Below, in pieces: positions 25,023 to 33,415 of a stretch of 41,717 bases of DNA. Origin of the DNA: Candidatus Daviesbacteria bacterium RIFCSPLOWO2_01_FULL_37_10. Lineage in GTDB: Bacteria; Patescibacteriota; Microgenomatia; Daviesbacterales; UBA10151. Made by a program: the position numbers and the translations under genes. How positions within the stretch are numbered: the first letter of the stretch is position 1; every line of letters begins with the position of its first letter. The notes beneath the pieces are model-generated. The model saw only the letters and a list, made by a program, of their open reading frames with translations. It searched no databases and had not been told where the DNA came from. The stretch is from positions 1-41,717 of the forward strand of contig MFDK01000004.1 of NCBI GenBank assembly GCA_001776865.1. Direction: 5' to 3'.

Positions 25023-25979
25023 TCAAGGATTATTTGCTACATTTTCCAGGTGTTCTTCCAGGGTTTTTCCGTAGTGTGAATTTCCTTTACTATCATGATA
25101 GTAATATAAATACTGAGTATTCGGGTTTGCATTTGCAACAGCTTCCAGCGATGATAGGGATGGATTACAAATTGGAGCTGGCGGAAGACCTGGATTCTTA
25201 TACGTATTATAAGGAGATTTTATCTCTTTATCGTCTTTTGTAATATGTCTTTTCCACCAGGATTTTTCAGACTGCTGATATCCAAGGGCATATTGAACAG
25301 TTGCATCAACATCCAGTTTCATTCCAATATTTAACCTGTTAAGTAAAATCCCGGCAACTTCTGTTCTTACTTTATCTGACCTTCCTTCTCTTTCCACAAG
25401 CGAGGCTAAAATTACTCCTTCTTTCTCAGTTAACCCTTTAGCTTTTATTTTTTTCTTTAAATCATCCGCGTATTTCCTGTTAAAATTATCTTGAAGAGTC
25501 TCTGTTATATACTCAACTTCTGCGTCTTTTGGGAAAAGATACGTATCCGGAAACATATAACCTTCTTTTGATAGTTTAAGAAATTGTCCATTGTCAATTT
25601 TTAAGTTCCCGTTTAACTTTTCTGCCATTTCTTCTACTCTCCAACCTTCAATAAAAGTTACCCAAACATCATCTGTTCCGGAAGTTAAAACATTTGCAAT
25701 TTCAGAAATGCTCATGGAAGGGGAAAGCTTAAACGACCCTGCTTGAATCCTGGAAGCCAGATTATTTTGTCTGGCATAAATTTTAAAAGTAAGTTCTGAG
25801 CGGATTAAATTATCATCTTTTAATCTTTTAGCAATGCTAGATATCCCTTCACTTTTGGGAATTACTATTACCCTGGCATTTTCATCAGAGCTTACCGGAG
25901 AAGTTTGTACCTTCCACAAACCACCGGTAACTATAAACATCAGAAGAAAAATTAATATTATGGCTAAGAATTTTTTCAT
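25023..25979 (-). CDS. mltG: Endolytic murein transglycosylase MltG (YceG-like)
   Basis: N-terminal TM helix, then ...ILASLVEREG...NTYKNPGLPPAPICNPSLSSLEAV...YYYHDSKGNSHYGKTLEEH... Confidence 0.9.
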   Translation of the reverse strand: MKKFLAIILIFLLMFIVTGGLWKVQTSPVSSDENARVIVIPKSEGISSIAKRLKDDNLIRSELTFKIYARQNNLASRIQAGSFKLSPSMSISEIANVLTSGTDDVWVTFIEGWRVEEMAEKLNGNLKIDNGQFLKLSKEGYMFPDTYLFPKDAEVEYITETLQDNFNRKYADDLKKKIKAKGLTEKEGVILASLVEREGRSDKVRTEVAGILLNRLNIGMKLDVDATVQYALGYQQSEKSWWKRHITKDDKEIKSPYNTYKNPGLPPAPICNPSLSSLEAVANANPNTQYLYYYHDSKGNSHYGKTLEEHLENVANNP

Positions 25980-25992
25980 AAATATAAAAGCA

Positions 25993-26131
25993 GCGAAGTC
26001 ACGAGCTAGAAAAAATTTGGCGAGGAAGTTGTGTAGTTGCTATTCAACTTCCGAGCAATAAGTGAACGCATGAGAAATAGTTCATGATAATCACTTAAAG
26101 CGCGCGAACGGTTTTTTCAGCCGTGACGAGC
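25993..26131 (+). repeat. Structured ~135-nt element, copy 1 (downstream flank of ruvX)
   Basis: Head gcgaaGTCACGagc, closing pair gtcacg/cgtgac (25998-26003 and 26122-26127), inner hairpin ggaagttg-tgtagttgctatt-caacttcc (26024-26052) and tail cgtgacgagc. The last 15 nt are the ruvX 3' codons. Confidence 0.75.
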
Positions 26132-26509
26132 TGATTTCTCATCTAAATAACACTGTAAGATTTCTGCTGCAGCTTGGGCATCACTGGTTTTGCGCTTTTT
26201 TCTGGAAACTCCCATTTCTATCATTAGTTTACCGGCATTTTGAGTGGAAAGTGTTTCATCTGCAGTTTCTACATTGAAACCTTCTTTTTTCAAACCATTA
26301 ATCAGCCTTTTTGCAGCCTTTCCAGTTTCCCCTTCAGGCATCCCAACTATCACCTTATCCACCCCAATTTCCCTTATCTCCCTTATTATTTTATCGATTG
26401 CATCAGATAAAGAGGAAACAGAAATTACTTTATAAAGAGAAGCAAATTCCCCTGCAGATATAGCCAAACCTATTCTCTTTAACCCAAAATCAACACCCAA
26501 GTATTTCAC
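26117..26509 (-). CDS. ruvX: Putative pre-16S rRNA nuclease / Holliday junction resolvase-like YqgF
   Basis: (GTG start) MKYLGVDFGLKRIGLAIS... is the YqgF signature. Confidence 0.9.
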   Translation of the reverse strand: MKYLGVDFGLKRIGLAISAGEFASLYKVISVSSLSDAIDKIIREIREIGVDKVIVGMPEGETGKAAKRLINGLKKEGFNVETADETLSTQNAGKLMIEMGVSRKKRKTSDAQAAAEILQCYLDEKSARHG

Positions 26510-26542
26510 TAAATGATTTTATCACAGAGTCTGCTAAGAGTG

Positions 26543-26677
26543 GCGAAGTCATGAGCATAAAAGCAATTTGAAAATTTTTGTGTAGTCCTAAATCAAAAAT
26601 TTTCTCATAACGAGGCTAGTGAATATATTTAGTGATTCAGAATTATTAGCCGAGTGATGCTTTTTGCCATGACGAGC
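26543..26677 (+). repeat. Structured ~135-nt element, copy 2 (upstream flank of ruvX)
   Basis: Head gcgaaGTCATGagc, closing pair gtcatg/catgac (26548-26553 and 26668-26673), inner hairpin gaaaatttttg-tgtagtcctaaat-caaaaattttc (26570-26604) and tail catgacgagc. Confidence 0.75.
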
Positions 26678-26691
26678 CACTCACAATTTGA

Positions 26692-26717
26692 GATTGCTTC
26701 GCTACGCTCGCAATGAC
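26692..26717 (-). repeat. GTCAT-headed hairpin repeat
   Basis: The plus strand reads gattgcttcgctacgctcgcaatgac. On the minus strand this is GTCATTGCGAGCGTAGCGAAGCAATC. Confidence 0.8.
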
Positions 26718-26729
26718 GAGGAGGGGGAA

Positions 26730-27371
26730 TCAAATCATTTTCCCTATAACTACTAGCCTTTTTGTATTTAATCCTGGAGGAACACAGGTCATAAGGGAAA
26801 TATATCTTCCTACCCCATCCGGAGGAAGGGTAACAGAGGTCTCTTTCGGATCCACAACTCTGATCCCTAAAACTTTATATGTAAAATCTCCCCCTGCAGA
26901 AACTTTAATAATATCTCCTTTTTCAAGCCTTTGTAAATTTGCAAAAATTGCTCTATAATTTTTACTACCTCTGTAAATAATCGGTATTGCCGAATGACCT
27001 GAAATAAAAATATTACCTTTCTCCCCAGGAAGCGCGGTTCCCGGCAGATGAACCAATCCTTCACTTAAATTATTACTCTCAACTAAAACTTTTGCCTCTT
27101 CAATATCTAAGCGTGGAACTGAAATTAAAAATTCCGTATACGGAATAAACTCTCTTTTTGAGAAAGATATTAAAGCAGGAAAGTTATCTCTGGTGTTTTG
27201 AATGGAAACTCCCAAAACTCTATTGCTTTCTGAAATTGGACTCACAAGTATATTTTTTGCTTCTATATTGGCAAGTTCCCACAGCTTAAAATTTATAACC
27301 GGTATGGCTATCTGTACTAGAACGAAAAACCCTGCTAATAAAAAAATTGCCGGAATAATTTTTGCAATCAC
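26730..27371 (-). CDS. Sortase-family transpeptidase
   Basis: (GTG start) N-terminal TM helix, ...NIFISGHSAIP... (His), ...YISLMTCVPPG... (TLxTC-like Cys) and a downstream Arg. Confidence 0.8.
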   Translation of the reverse strand: MIAKIIPAIFLLAGFFVLVQIAIPVINFKLWELANIEAKNILVSPISESNRVLGVSIQNTRDNFPALISFSKREFIPYTEFLISVPRLDIEEAKVLVESNNLSEGLVHLPGTALPGEKGNIFISGHSAIPIIYRGSKNYRAIFANLQRLEKGDIIKVSAGGDFTYKVLGIRVVDPKETSVTLPPDGVGRYISLMTCVPPGLNTKRLVVIGKMI

Positions 27372-29653
27372 TTTAAGCTTACCTCAATTTTAATATTACG
27401 TTCTAAAATTGGCAATCTCGCAAGTTGCGCTGGAATAGGCGGTGTGAGTTTTATTTCTGACCCTAAAACATTTTCGTATGATTTTAAAATATCTGCCGCA
27501 GCTTTTGGAGTTTTTCCTGCCAACTTTTTCTTAATTTCGCTCTCATTTATTTTTGGCATCAGTTTTGCTTTGAAACGTGCTAAAAATATAAGCCTTCCAT
27601 CTTTTTCTACTTTAGATACATCAGCTTGTGTTTCTGTATCAGTAAGCCTTAGTTCAAACCCTTCCGGTACGTTTGTCTCAACAAGTTTTGAAACTATGCG
27701 TTTAAGATCATCATCTAAATATACTGTACCTTTATAATTAATAGTTAAATTTAAGTTGAACTCTCCCGCCTGATCGTTAATATTTTTACTAAATGATTTT
27801 TTTGTGATTTCCTCACTTAGTGCTTCTTCCAGAACTTTTTTACCCTCAAGTTTGGCCTGAAGTTTTTCCTGAGCCTGTTTTCTTAAAGCTGCAGCCAATG
27901 ATGCAAGTAGTTTCTTCTGGTCGGAATCTGATACAACAGTAACCTCTTTTGATGTTCCTCCCGAAAAATTACCCTCGGATTTTGCTGAAAAATCAGAAGA
28001 TGGTACTCCGGAAATAGTAAGTTGAGTCCCGGAGGGAATGTTTCCGTCTGCTCCAATCGATACGGAAACAGCATCTACAGTTGCCTTTCCGAAAGAAATA
28101 CCATCTTCAGTTGCAGATTGTGAAGCTATTGTAGCGGATGAGTCCAGAGTAAATTTAAGATTATCAGATCCCACAAGGATAGTCCCTTTGGAAAAGGTTT
28201 TAGAAGAATTTGTCTTATTTGTAATAATCACCGATCCTTTTGCATTTTCCCCAACCTGTTTTTTACCTGTTGCACTTCCCTTTTCGCTTCCGCTAATTTG
28301 AGTTTCAACTATTTGACCGGGTATTTTTTTACCTTCCTCATCAACTTCTTTTACACTAGGATCTGCTGTAACTTGAGTATCTTTTTCAACAACTCTCGGC
28401 TCTACAAATACCGTAACTTTTGCCTGAGGAAGGAAAATATATGATAAGACAAGAAGGATTAAAATTACAACAGGAATTATTAGCTTTAGATTGAAAAATC
28501 TACTACCTGATCCTTCTAACTTCTCCCTTGTTACTGAAGGTGTCGCTAATGAGTTATCCTGAACAGGAAATCCCAAGTTATGTTGTGTTTTTTCCATCTC
28601 TCCATCTTCTTCCTGACCGAAATCTTCATCCAGTCCATCAGTAGTTTGGACAAATTCATCATCAGGATTAACGTCTTTTTCCATGACCCTTAAATCTTCA
28701 GTTCCATCGTCTTCTTTTATTAAACTCTCATCCTTTTCATCTTCAGCAGAAACTTTTTCCATCACATCTCCCTGAACAAAACCTGTATCCTCAACCGGAA
28801 TTTGTTTTTCAGGTGGTTCAGGAATTTTTACTTCTTCTTCCTTTGGCATAGCAGAAACTAAAGGTGAGTTCTTTACAAGCTGTTCTACAGGCTGGTACTT
28901 TATATCCGGCACCAGTTCAACTCCTCCGGCAAGCGCAACAGCTTTAATTTCCAAACCCCCTTCCAGGATATCAATTTTAGGGAGATGTAGAAACGAAAGC
29001 CGATTCATCCAGGGGAATGACAAAAGTTCATTTTTTTGTTTATCAAGGCTCTCTGCGTTTAGGCTGAAAAGAAGCATCCTTGAAGGAAGAACCTCAACCT
29101 CGGTAAATTGCAAAAGAAGCTTTTCTATATCCTCACCCAAACTACCGCTTCTTTTTATTATCTTTGTTCCATCAATTTTACCTCCTCTTGAAACCGTAAC
29201 TAAAACATGCCCTTCTCCAACTCCTGTAAGTATCGCCGTAGTTGGTGCACTTTCTTTTTTCTCAAGAAAATGAAAAATAGCATGTGAGGTTGAAACAAAA
29301 GCCATTGGTTTAAGCTCAAGGCTTTTTACAACATTCCTTAAAAGCTGCAAATATGAATCTTTTAAATTGTCATCAACCAGCCAGGAATCAGGAACTCCAA
29401 AGAGTATTTTTGTAGGCTCAATTTGAATTTCCCCTAAAGCCTGATCTAAAAGCCTGTCGGCAACTGTAACAATTTCCTCCTCGGACGAATATTTTGAAGA
29501 AACTATATTTAAAACTTTTAACTTATCTTTTTCTATTGTCCAGAGGCAAACCCTTAAAGTTTCCGGTCCAATATTAAGAGCAAAAAAAGTCTCAGTTTGT
29601 TCCTCTGGTTTACCGAAAGGCAGCATTGATGTAACTTTATCCAAAAAACTCAT
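27368..29653 (-). CDS. Large membrane protein: N-terminal FtsA/PilM-like (actin-fold) region, acidic linker, one TM helix, ~350-aa extracytoplasmic domain
   Basis: From the ATG at 29651-29653: MSFLDKV... The N-terminal ~260 aa (FFALNIGPETLRV...LKPMAFVSTSHAIFHFL...AILTGVGEGHVLVTV) weakly resembles the FtsA/PilM pattern. The TM helix is LKLIIPVVILILLVLSYIFL. The stop overlaps the sortase start. Confidence 0.6.
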   Translation of the reverse strand: MSFLDKVTSMLPFGKPEEQTETFFALNIGPETLRVCLWTIEKDKLKVLNIVSSKYSSEEEIVTVADRLLDQALGEIQIEPTKILFGVPDSWLVDDNLKDSYLQLLRNVVKSLELKPMAFVSTSHAIFHFLEKKESAPTTAILTGVGEGHVLVTVSRGGKIDGTKIIKRSGSLGEDIEKLLLQFTEVEVLPSRMLLFSLNAESLDKQKNELLSFPWMNRLSFLHLPKIDILEGGLEIKAVALAGGVELVPDIKYQPVEQLVKNSPLVSAMPKEEEVKIPEPPEKQIPVEDTGFVQGDVMEKVSAEDEKDESLIKEDDGTEDLRVMEKDVNPDDEFVQTTDGLDEDFGQEEDGEMEKTQHNLGFPVQDNSLATPSVTREKLEGSGSRFFNLKLIIPVVILILLVLSYIFLPQAKVTVFVEPRVVEKDTQVTADPSVKEVDEEGKKIPGQIVETQISGSEKGSATGKKQVGENAKGSVIITNKTNSSKTFSKGTILVGSDNLKFTLDSSATIASQSATEDGISFGKATVDAVSVSIGADGNIPSGTQLTISGVPSSDFSAKSEGNFSGGTSKEVTVVSDSDQKKLLASLAAALRKQAQEKLQAKLEGKKVLEEALSEEITKKSFSKNINDQAGEFNLNLTINYKGTVYLDDDLKRIVSKLVETNVPEGFELRLTDTETQADVSKVEKDGRLIFLARFKAKLMPKINESEIKKKLAGKTPKAAADILKSYENVLGSEIKLTPPIPAQLARLPILERNIKIEVSLK

Positions 29654-29713
29654 GCGGTTTTGCCCCAAAAGAAGGAGGCATTAATAGAATATTAACACAT
29701 TCAAATATCTTCC

Positions 29714-29825
29714 GTCATACTGAACTTGTTTACCCTGAATTTTATTGAAGGGTTTCAGGATCTAATACTACTGTCATTCTAGCTTGTCCAGAATCTTCCT
29801 TGTCATTCCTGCGAAAGCAGGAATC
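29714..29825 (+). repeat. Three GTCAT hairpin repeats, the first with a nested insertion
   Basis: 29714-29762 is gtcatactgaacttgttt[accctgaattttattgaagggt]ttcaggatc. 29773-29795 is gtcattctagcttgtccagaatc. 29802-29825 is gtcattcctgcgaaagcaggaatc, identical to 41410-41433. Confidence 0.85.
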
Positions 29826-29828
29826 CAA

Positions 29829-30188
29829 TTAAAAGAATCTCCTAGGAAAATTTCCTGGATAGGGTAAGCCTAAATATCTGAATTCTCTGAATATTCCATC
29901 CAAGAAACTAGCATTTAAGTCGGGTCTTTCTTGTAGCTCCATTAAAAGCGGAACCAAACCAGAAAATGCTATTCTAGCAAGCTCAGCATGATGCCCATCC
30001 TGAAAAGTTCTAGCTAAAAAATGGGCACTTTTTTGTCCCAAAGTCTCTGCCCATTGTTGATCAGAAACTACCCCTCTATTTCTTTCAAACCAATCCACAT
30101 CATTCCTGGCAAATGCTACTTCATGAGATCTCTTTTCGTCTTGCGGTTGATAGTCTGAATGGGACACTTCAATAACTCTATCTTTCAT
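29829..30188 (-). CDS. Hypothetical ~119-aa protein
   Basis: ORF 29829..30212 begins at a TTG. The first ATG, at 30186-30188, gives MKDRVIEVSH... I recognise no family. Confidence 0.45.
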   Translation of the reverse strand: MKDRVIEVSHSDYQPQDEKRSHEVAFARNDVDWFERNRGVVSDQQWAETLGQKSAHFLARTFQDGHHAELARIAFSGLVPLLMELQERPDLNASFLDGIFREFRYLGLPYPGNFPRRFF

Positions 30189-30228
30189 ATTAGTGAAACT
30201 ATAACACCCCAAATCTTATTTGTCAAAA

Positions 30229-32061
30229 TCAAACAAGCTCCGCATAAATTCTTCTGACCCCTGAAGAAACTGCTTCTTCCTTGGTAATCTTTATACCACC
30301 AATCACATTTGTATGCTCAACATGTGGTCCGCCACAAAATTCGGCTGAGTAGTAACCACTGCGCTCACGTTGATCCTTTGCATTCACATCATAAATATGA
30401 TTTGACCCTATTACATAAATACTTACTTCTTCATCGTATTTTCCACCGAAGAGCCCAATGGCATTCATCTTCTGTGCCTCTTTCACACTCATAAATTTTC
30501 TTTCCACTACCAAATCTTCTTCTATTTTTTCATTAACCAGATCCTCAACTTTTTTAATTTCCTCCTCAGTCATTTTTCTATCATACGAAAAATCAAATCT
30601 TAACCGTTCGGTATTAATATTCGATCCTTTCTGAAAAACTTCCGGACCTAAAACATCTCTTAGAGCCTGGTGGAGGAGGTGAGTAACAGTATGGTATTTA
30701 ATCTCTGTTTCAGAATGTCCAGCCAAACCTCCCTTAAACATTCCTGCAGATGCAGTCCTTGAAAGTTCTTGATGTTTTTCAAACTCTTTCTTAAATTGCT
30801 CTTTATCAATATCTTGTCCTTTTTGCCTAAACAATTCCTCAGTCACTTCATATGGAAATCCAAATGTTTGATATAAATCAAAAGCAATTTTGCCATCTAT
30901 TTCGGAAATTTTCTCAATTTCTTTTAATCCTTTATCCAAAGTCTTCTGAAATTTTTCCAGTTCTTCGGTTATTACTTTGTTCACCCTGGGTAAACCTTCT
31001 TCCCAGTCAATTTCAAAAATCTCATTATACTGCGTTCTAATGATTCGAATCATTGAAACAAATGAGCTCACATCTAACCTTCCACTTAAATTGCGCATTT
31101 TTATTGCAGCTCTCCTAAGCAGTCTTCGCAAAACATAACCGTGCAGCTTATTAGAAGGAATCACACCATCCATAATCAAAAAAACAGAAGCTTTCAAATG
31201 GTCTGCAATAATTCTCATTAATTTTTTTTCTTCCTCGTCCTCATATGGATTACCAATAACTTGTACGATCGCATCAGTTATTGGCTTATGTAAATCAGTC
31301 TGGAATATATCCGGGTTATCATTAGTTGCTGCCGTTAATCTCTCCAATCCTCCTCCAAAATCAACGTTTTTTTGCGGAAGTTTTTCAAATTCGCTGTCGC
31401 CTGTTTTTTTGTATTCAATGAAAACTGAGTTTCCTATCTCCATAAAACGCCCGCAATTACAGTGAGGATGACATTTTTCTCCAAACCTTTCATCATGTTC
31501 TACTTGTGGAAACTCGAAGAATATCTCCGAATCAGTTCCTCCGATTTCTCCAACCGGCATTTGATCGGGAGATCCGGATCTACTCCACCAATTTTCTTTA
31601 ACTCCATAAAAATAGATCCTATCCTCAGGTACTCCAAAATCCTTCCATATACTAAAAGTCTCTTCATCTTTAGGGATTAAATTATCTCCCTCAAAAACTG
31701 TTACATGAAGTCTGTTAGGATCTAATCCTAATACATTAGTTAAAAATTCATAAACCCACCATATTTGTTCTTTCTTAAAGTAATCCCCCAAACTCCAGTT
31801 ACCCAACATCTCAAAAAATGTGGTGTGCCTGTTATCTCCAACCCCTTCTATGTCCTCAGCCCTAAAACAGGCTTGCGAATTAACCAATCTTATACCTTCA
31901 GGATGAGTTTTCCCCATTAAATACGGAATTAACTGCTGCATTCCGGATGAGGTAAAAAGTGTTGTCTGATCATCCGACACCAATCTGGCTGGATTTATTT
32001 GCACATGTTTTCTGCTTTTAAAAAAATCCAGGAATTTTTGTCTAATAACTCTTGAATCCAT
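30229..32061 (-). CDS. alaS: Alanine--tRNA ligase, short form lacking the C-Ala domain
   Basis: MDSRVIRQKFLDFFKSRKH...FTSSGMQQ...RHTTFFEMLGNWSLGDYFK is the class II AlaRS core. The editing-domain motifs HTVTHLLHQAL and CGGPHV are present. At 610 aa it ends about 30 aa after the CxxxH motif. Confidence 0.95.
   Translation of the reverse strand: MDSRVIRQKFLDFFKSRKHVQINPARLVSDDQTTLFTSSGMQQLIPYLMGKTHPEGIRLVNSQACFRAEDIEGVGDNRHTTFFEMLGNWSLGDYFKKEQIWWVYEFLTNVLGLDPNRLHVTVFEGDNLIPKDEETFSIWKDFGVPEDRIYFYGVKENWWSRSGSPDQMPVGEIGGTDSEIFFEFPQVEHDERFGEKCHPHCNCGRFMEIGNSVFIEYKKTGDSEFEKLPQKNVDFGGGLERLTAATNDNPDIFQTDLHKPITDAIVQVIGNPYEDEEEKKLMRIIADHLKASVFLIMDGVIPSNKLHGYVLRRLLRRAAIKMRNLSGRLDVSSFVSMIRIIRTQYNEIFEIDWEEGLPRVNKVITEELEKFQKTLDKGLKEIEKISEIDGKIAFDLYQTFGFPYEVTEELFRQKGQDIDKEQFKKEFEKHQELSRTASAGMFKGGLAGHSETEIKYHTVTHLLHQALRDVLGPEVFQKGSNINTERLRFDFSYDRKMTEEEIKKVEDLVNEKIEEDLVVERKFMSVKEAQKMNAIGLFGGKYDEEVSIYVIGSNHIYDVNAKDQRERSGYYSAEFCGGPHVEHTNVIGGIKITKEEAVSSGVRRIYAELV
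31035..31054. repeat. 20-nt motif ttctaatgattcgaatcatt, copy 1, inside the alaS coding sequence
   Basis: Exact 20-mer shared with 34049-34068 and 35549-35568. The core aatgattcgaatcatt is a perfect 16-nt palindrome. Here it encodes SMIRIIRT. Confidence 0.85.
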
Positions 32062-32078
32062 GAAGGTAGTATACCTTC

Positions 32079-32297
32079 TTAGCGTACATTTTTGAAGAGG
32101 CGGCGATTTGGTAATTTCGAAGACTTAGAGACTGTTAATATTTTCTCTTTTGCTTCTTCTGTATTCAAAAGCTTCTGTATACTATTTAAAGCCTGTTTTA
32201 AATCTCTGAGTATAAAAAATACCTGTAATCCTGTAATTGATAAAAATATGCCAAGAAGTATTATTAAAAAAATAAGTGCTATTTGTAAAAAATCCAT
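32079..32297 (-). CDS. Small membrane protein (72 aa)
   Basis: The N-terminal hydrophobic helix is FLQIALIFLIILLGIFLSITGLQVFFIL. A 7-bp hairpin, gaaggtagtataccttc (32062-32078), follows its stop. Confidence 0.45.
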   Translation of the reverse strand: MDFLQIALIFLIILLGIFLSITGLQVFFILRDLKQALNSIQKLLNTEEAKEKILTVSKSSKLPNRRLFKNVR

Positions 32298-32317
32298 ACC
32301 AGATATTTTAATACAAT

Positions 32318-32956
32318 CTAATCTTTTAAGTAAACAGTTCTTTCAACCTGTGTAGTTTTTCCGAATTTCGATGTAGAAGAAACCAATATTTTATTTACAC
32401 TCTCTGAAAGCTTAAGTTCCTGGGAAAAATTACCGTTACTGTCAGTCTCAATTTCCTGATTATTAATTGTAAGTTTTGCTTCCGGAATTGTTTTCCCGGA
32501 AACTGTAACTATTTGAGATTCAACATTTTGCTGATCTGTGGGAGTTGAAACCTCAAGAAAAGGGGAACCAACTAAATATCTATACTCATACCAAAGATAG
32601 CCAAAAAATATTATTACAAGGGTCACTACAATGGCTGACAGAACTTTTGCCGGAGTAAGAATAATTCTGCTTGTTTCTAGGGGGTTTCTAAAAGATTCTA
32701 AAATCTTCGGTGGATTCTTTTGATCTGAAAACTCCCTTCTGTAGATTGCCAGGAGCTTCTCTTTATCAAGCCCTAAAAATTTTCCATAACTTTTAATAAA
32801 TCCTTGTACAAAAGTTGAGGGAGGAAGTTTTGAGTAATCATCATTTTCGAGCGCCAGCAAAAGTTCTTTCCTGATCTTTGTTACTTTTTCGATTTCATCA
32901 AGAGTATAAAACTTTTTTTCCCGTTCTTCCTTTAAGATTTGCCCAACAGTTCTCAT
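32318..32956 (-). CDS. RodZ-like cytoskeleton/HTH membrane protein
   Basis: N-terminal XRE-type HTH (GQILKEEREKKFYTLDEIEKVTKIRKELLLALENDDYSKLP), a central TM helix and a C-terminal beta-rich domain. Confidence 0.7.
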   Translation of the reverse strand: MRTVGQILKEEREKKFYTLDEIEKVTKIRKELLLALENDDYSKLPPSTFVQGFIKSYGKFLGLDKEKLLAIYRREFSDQKNPPKILESFRNPLETSRIILTPAKVLSAIVVTLVIIFFGYLWYEYRYLVGSPFLEVSTPTDQQNVESQIVTVSGKTIPEAKLTINNQEIETDSNGNFSQELKLSESVNKILVSSTSKFGKTTQVERTVYLKD

Positions 32957-32977
32957 GGAGTAAATTATACAACAACC

Positions 32978-33006
32978 GTCATTGCGAGGCGAAGCCGAAG
33001 CAATCT
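32978..33006 (+). repeat. GTCAT-headed hairpin repeat
   Basis: gtcattgcgaggcgaagccgaagcaatct. Confidence 0.8.
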
Positions 33007-33414
33007 CTATACCGATCTTTTTCTAGCCTGTGGGAAATGAATAAGGAATAAAATTATTCCAACCAAGCTAAATGTTATCGCATTCTTGATATCATCAACC
33101 TGATGTTGTTTTCTATCTGCTGCTTCATTTTTTAGGCATTGTTCTTTTGCTCGTTGTATTTCCTGAGCGCTCGGGGTGCTCTCTATCCCATCTGGAGGCA
33201 GTACTTTAACTGACATCGGTCCTCTTGCAACCGGTACCAATCCATCTGCTCCATAGTCGCAGCTTGTGATTCCTCCCCATCTAAGTGGATACTGTTCAAA
33301 TTGCGTAGAATTTACAATAAAATTTGCAGCATTAAATATCCCAATAACCATTAAAATTATCGATCCAACTGAAATTATATAAAAATATATCGTAGCAATT
33401 GTCTTTCCGGACAT
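33007..33414 (-). CDS. Hypothetical membrane protein (135 aa, 2 TM helices)
   Basis: Hydrophobic helices at both termini (IATIYFYIISVGSIILMVIGIF and FSLVGIILFLIHF). Confidence 0.5.
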   Translation of the reverse strand: MSGKTIATIYFYIISVGSIILMVIGIFNAANFIVNSTQFEQYPLRWGGITSCDYGADGLVPVARGPMSVKVLPPDGIESTPSAQEIQRAKEQCLKNEAADRKQHQVDDIKNAITFSLVGIILFLIHFPQARKRSV

Positions 33415-33415
33415 A

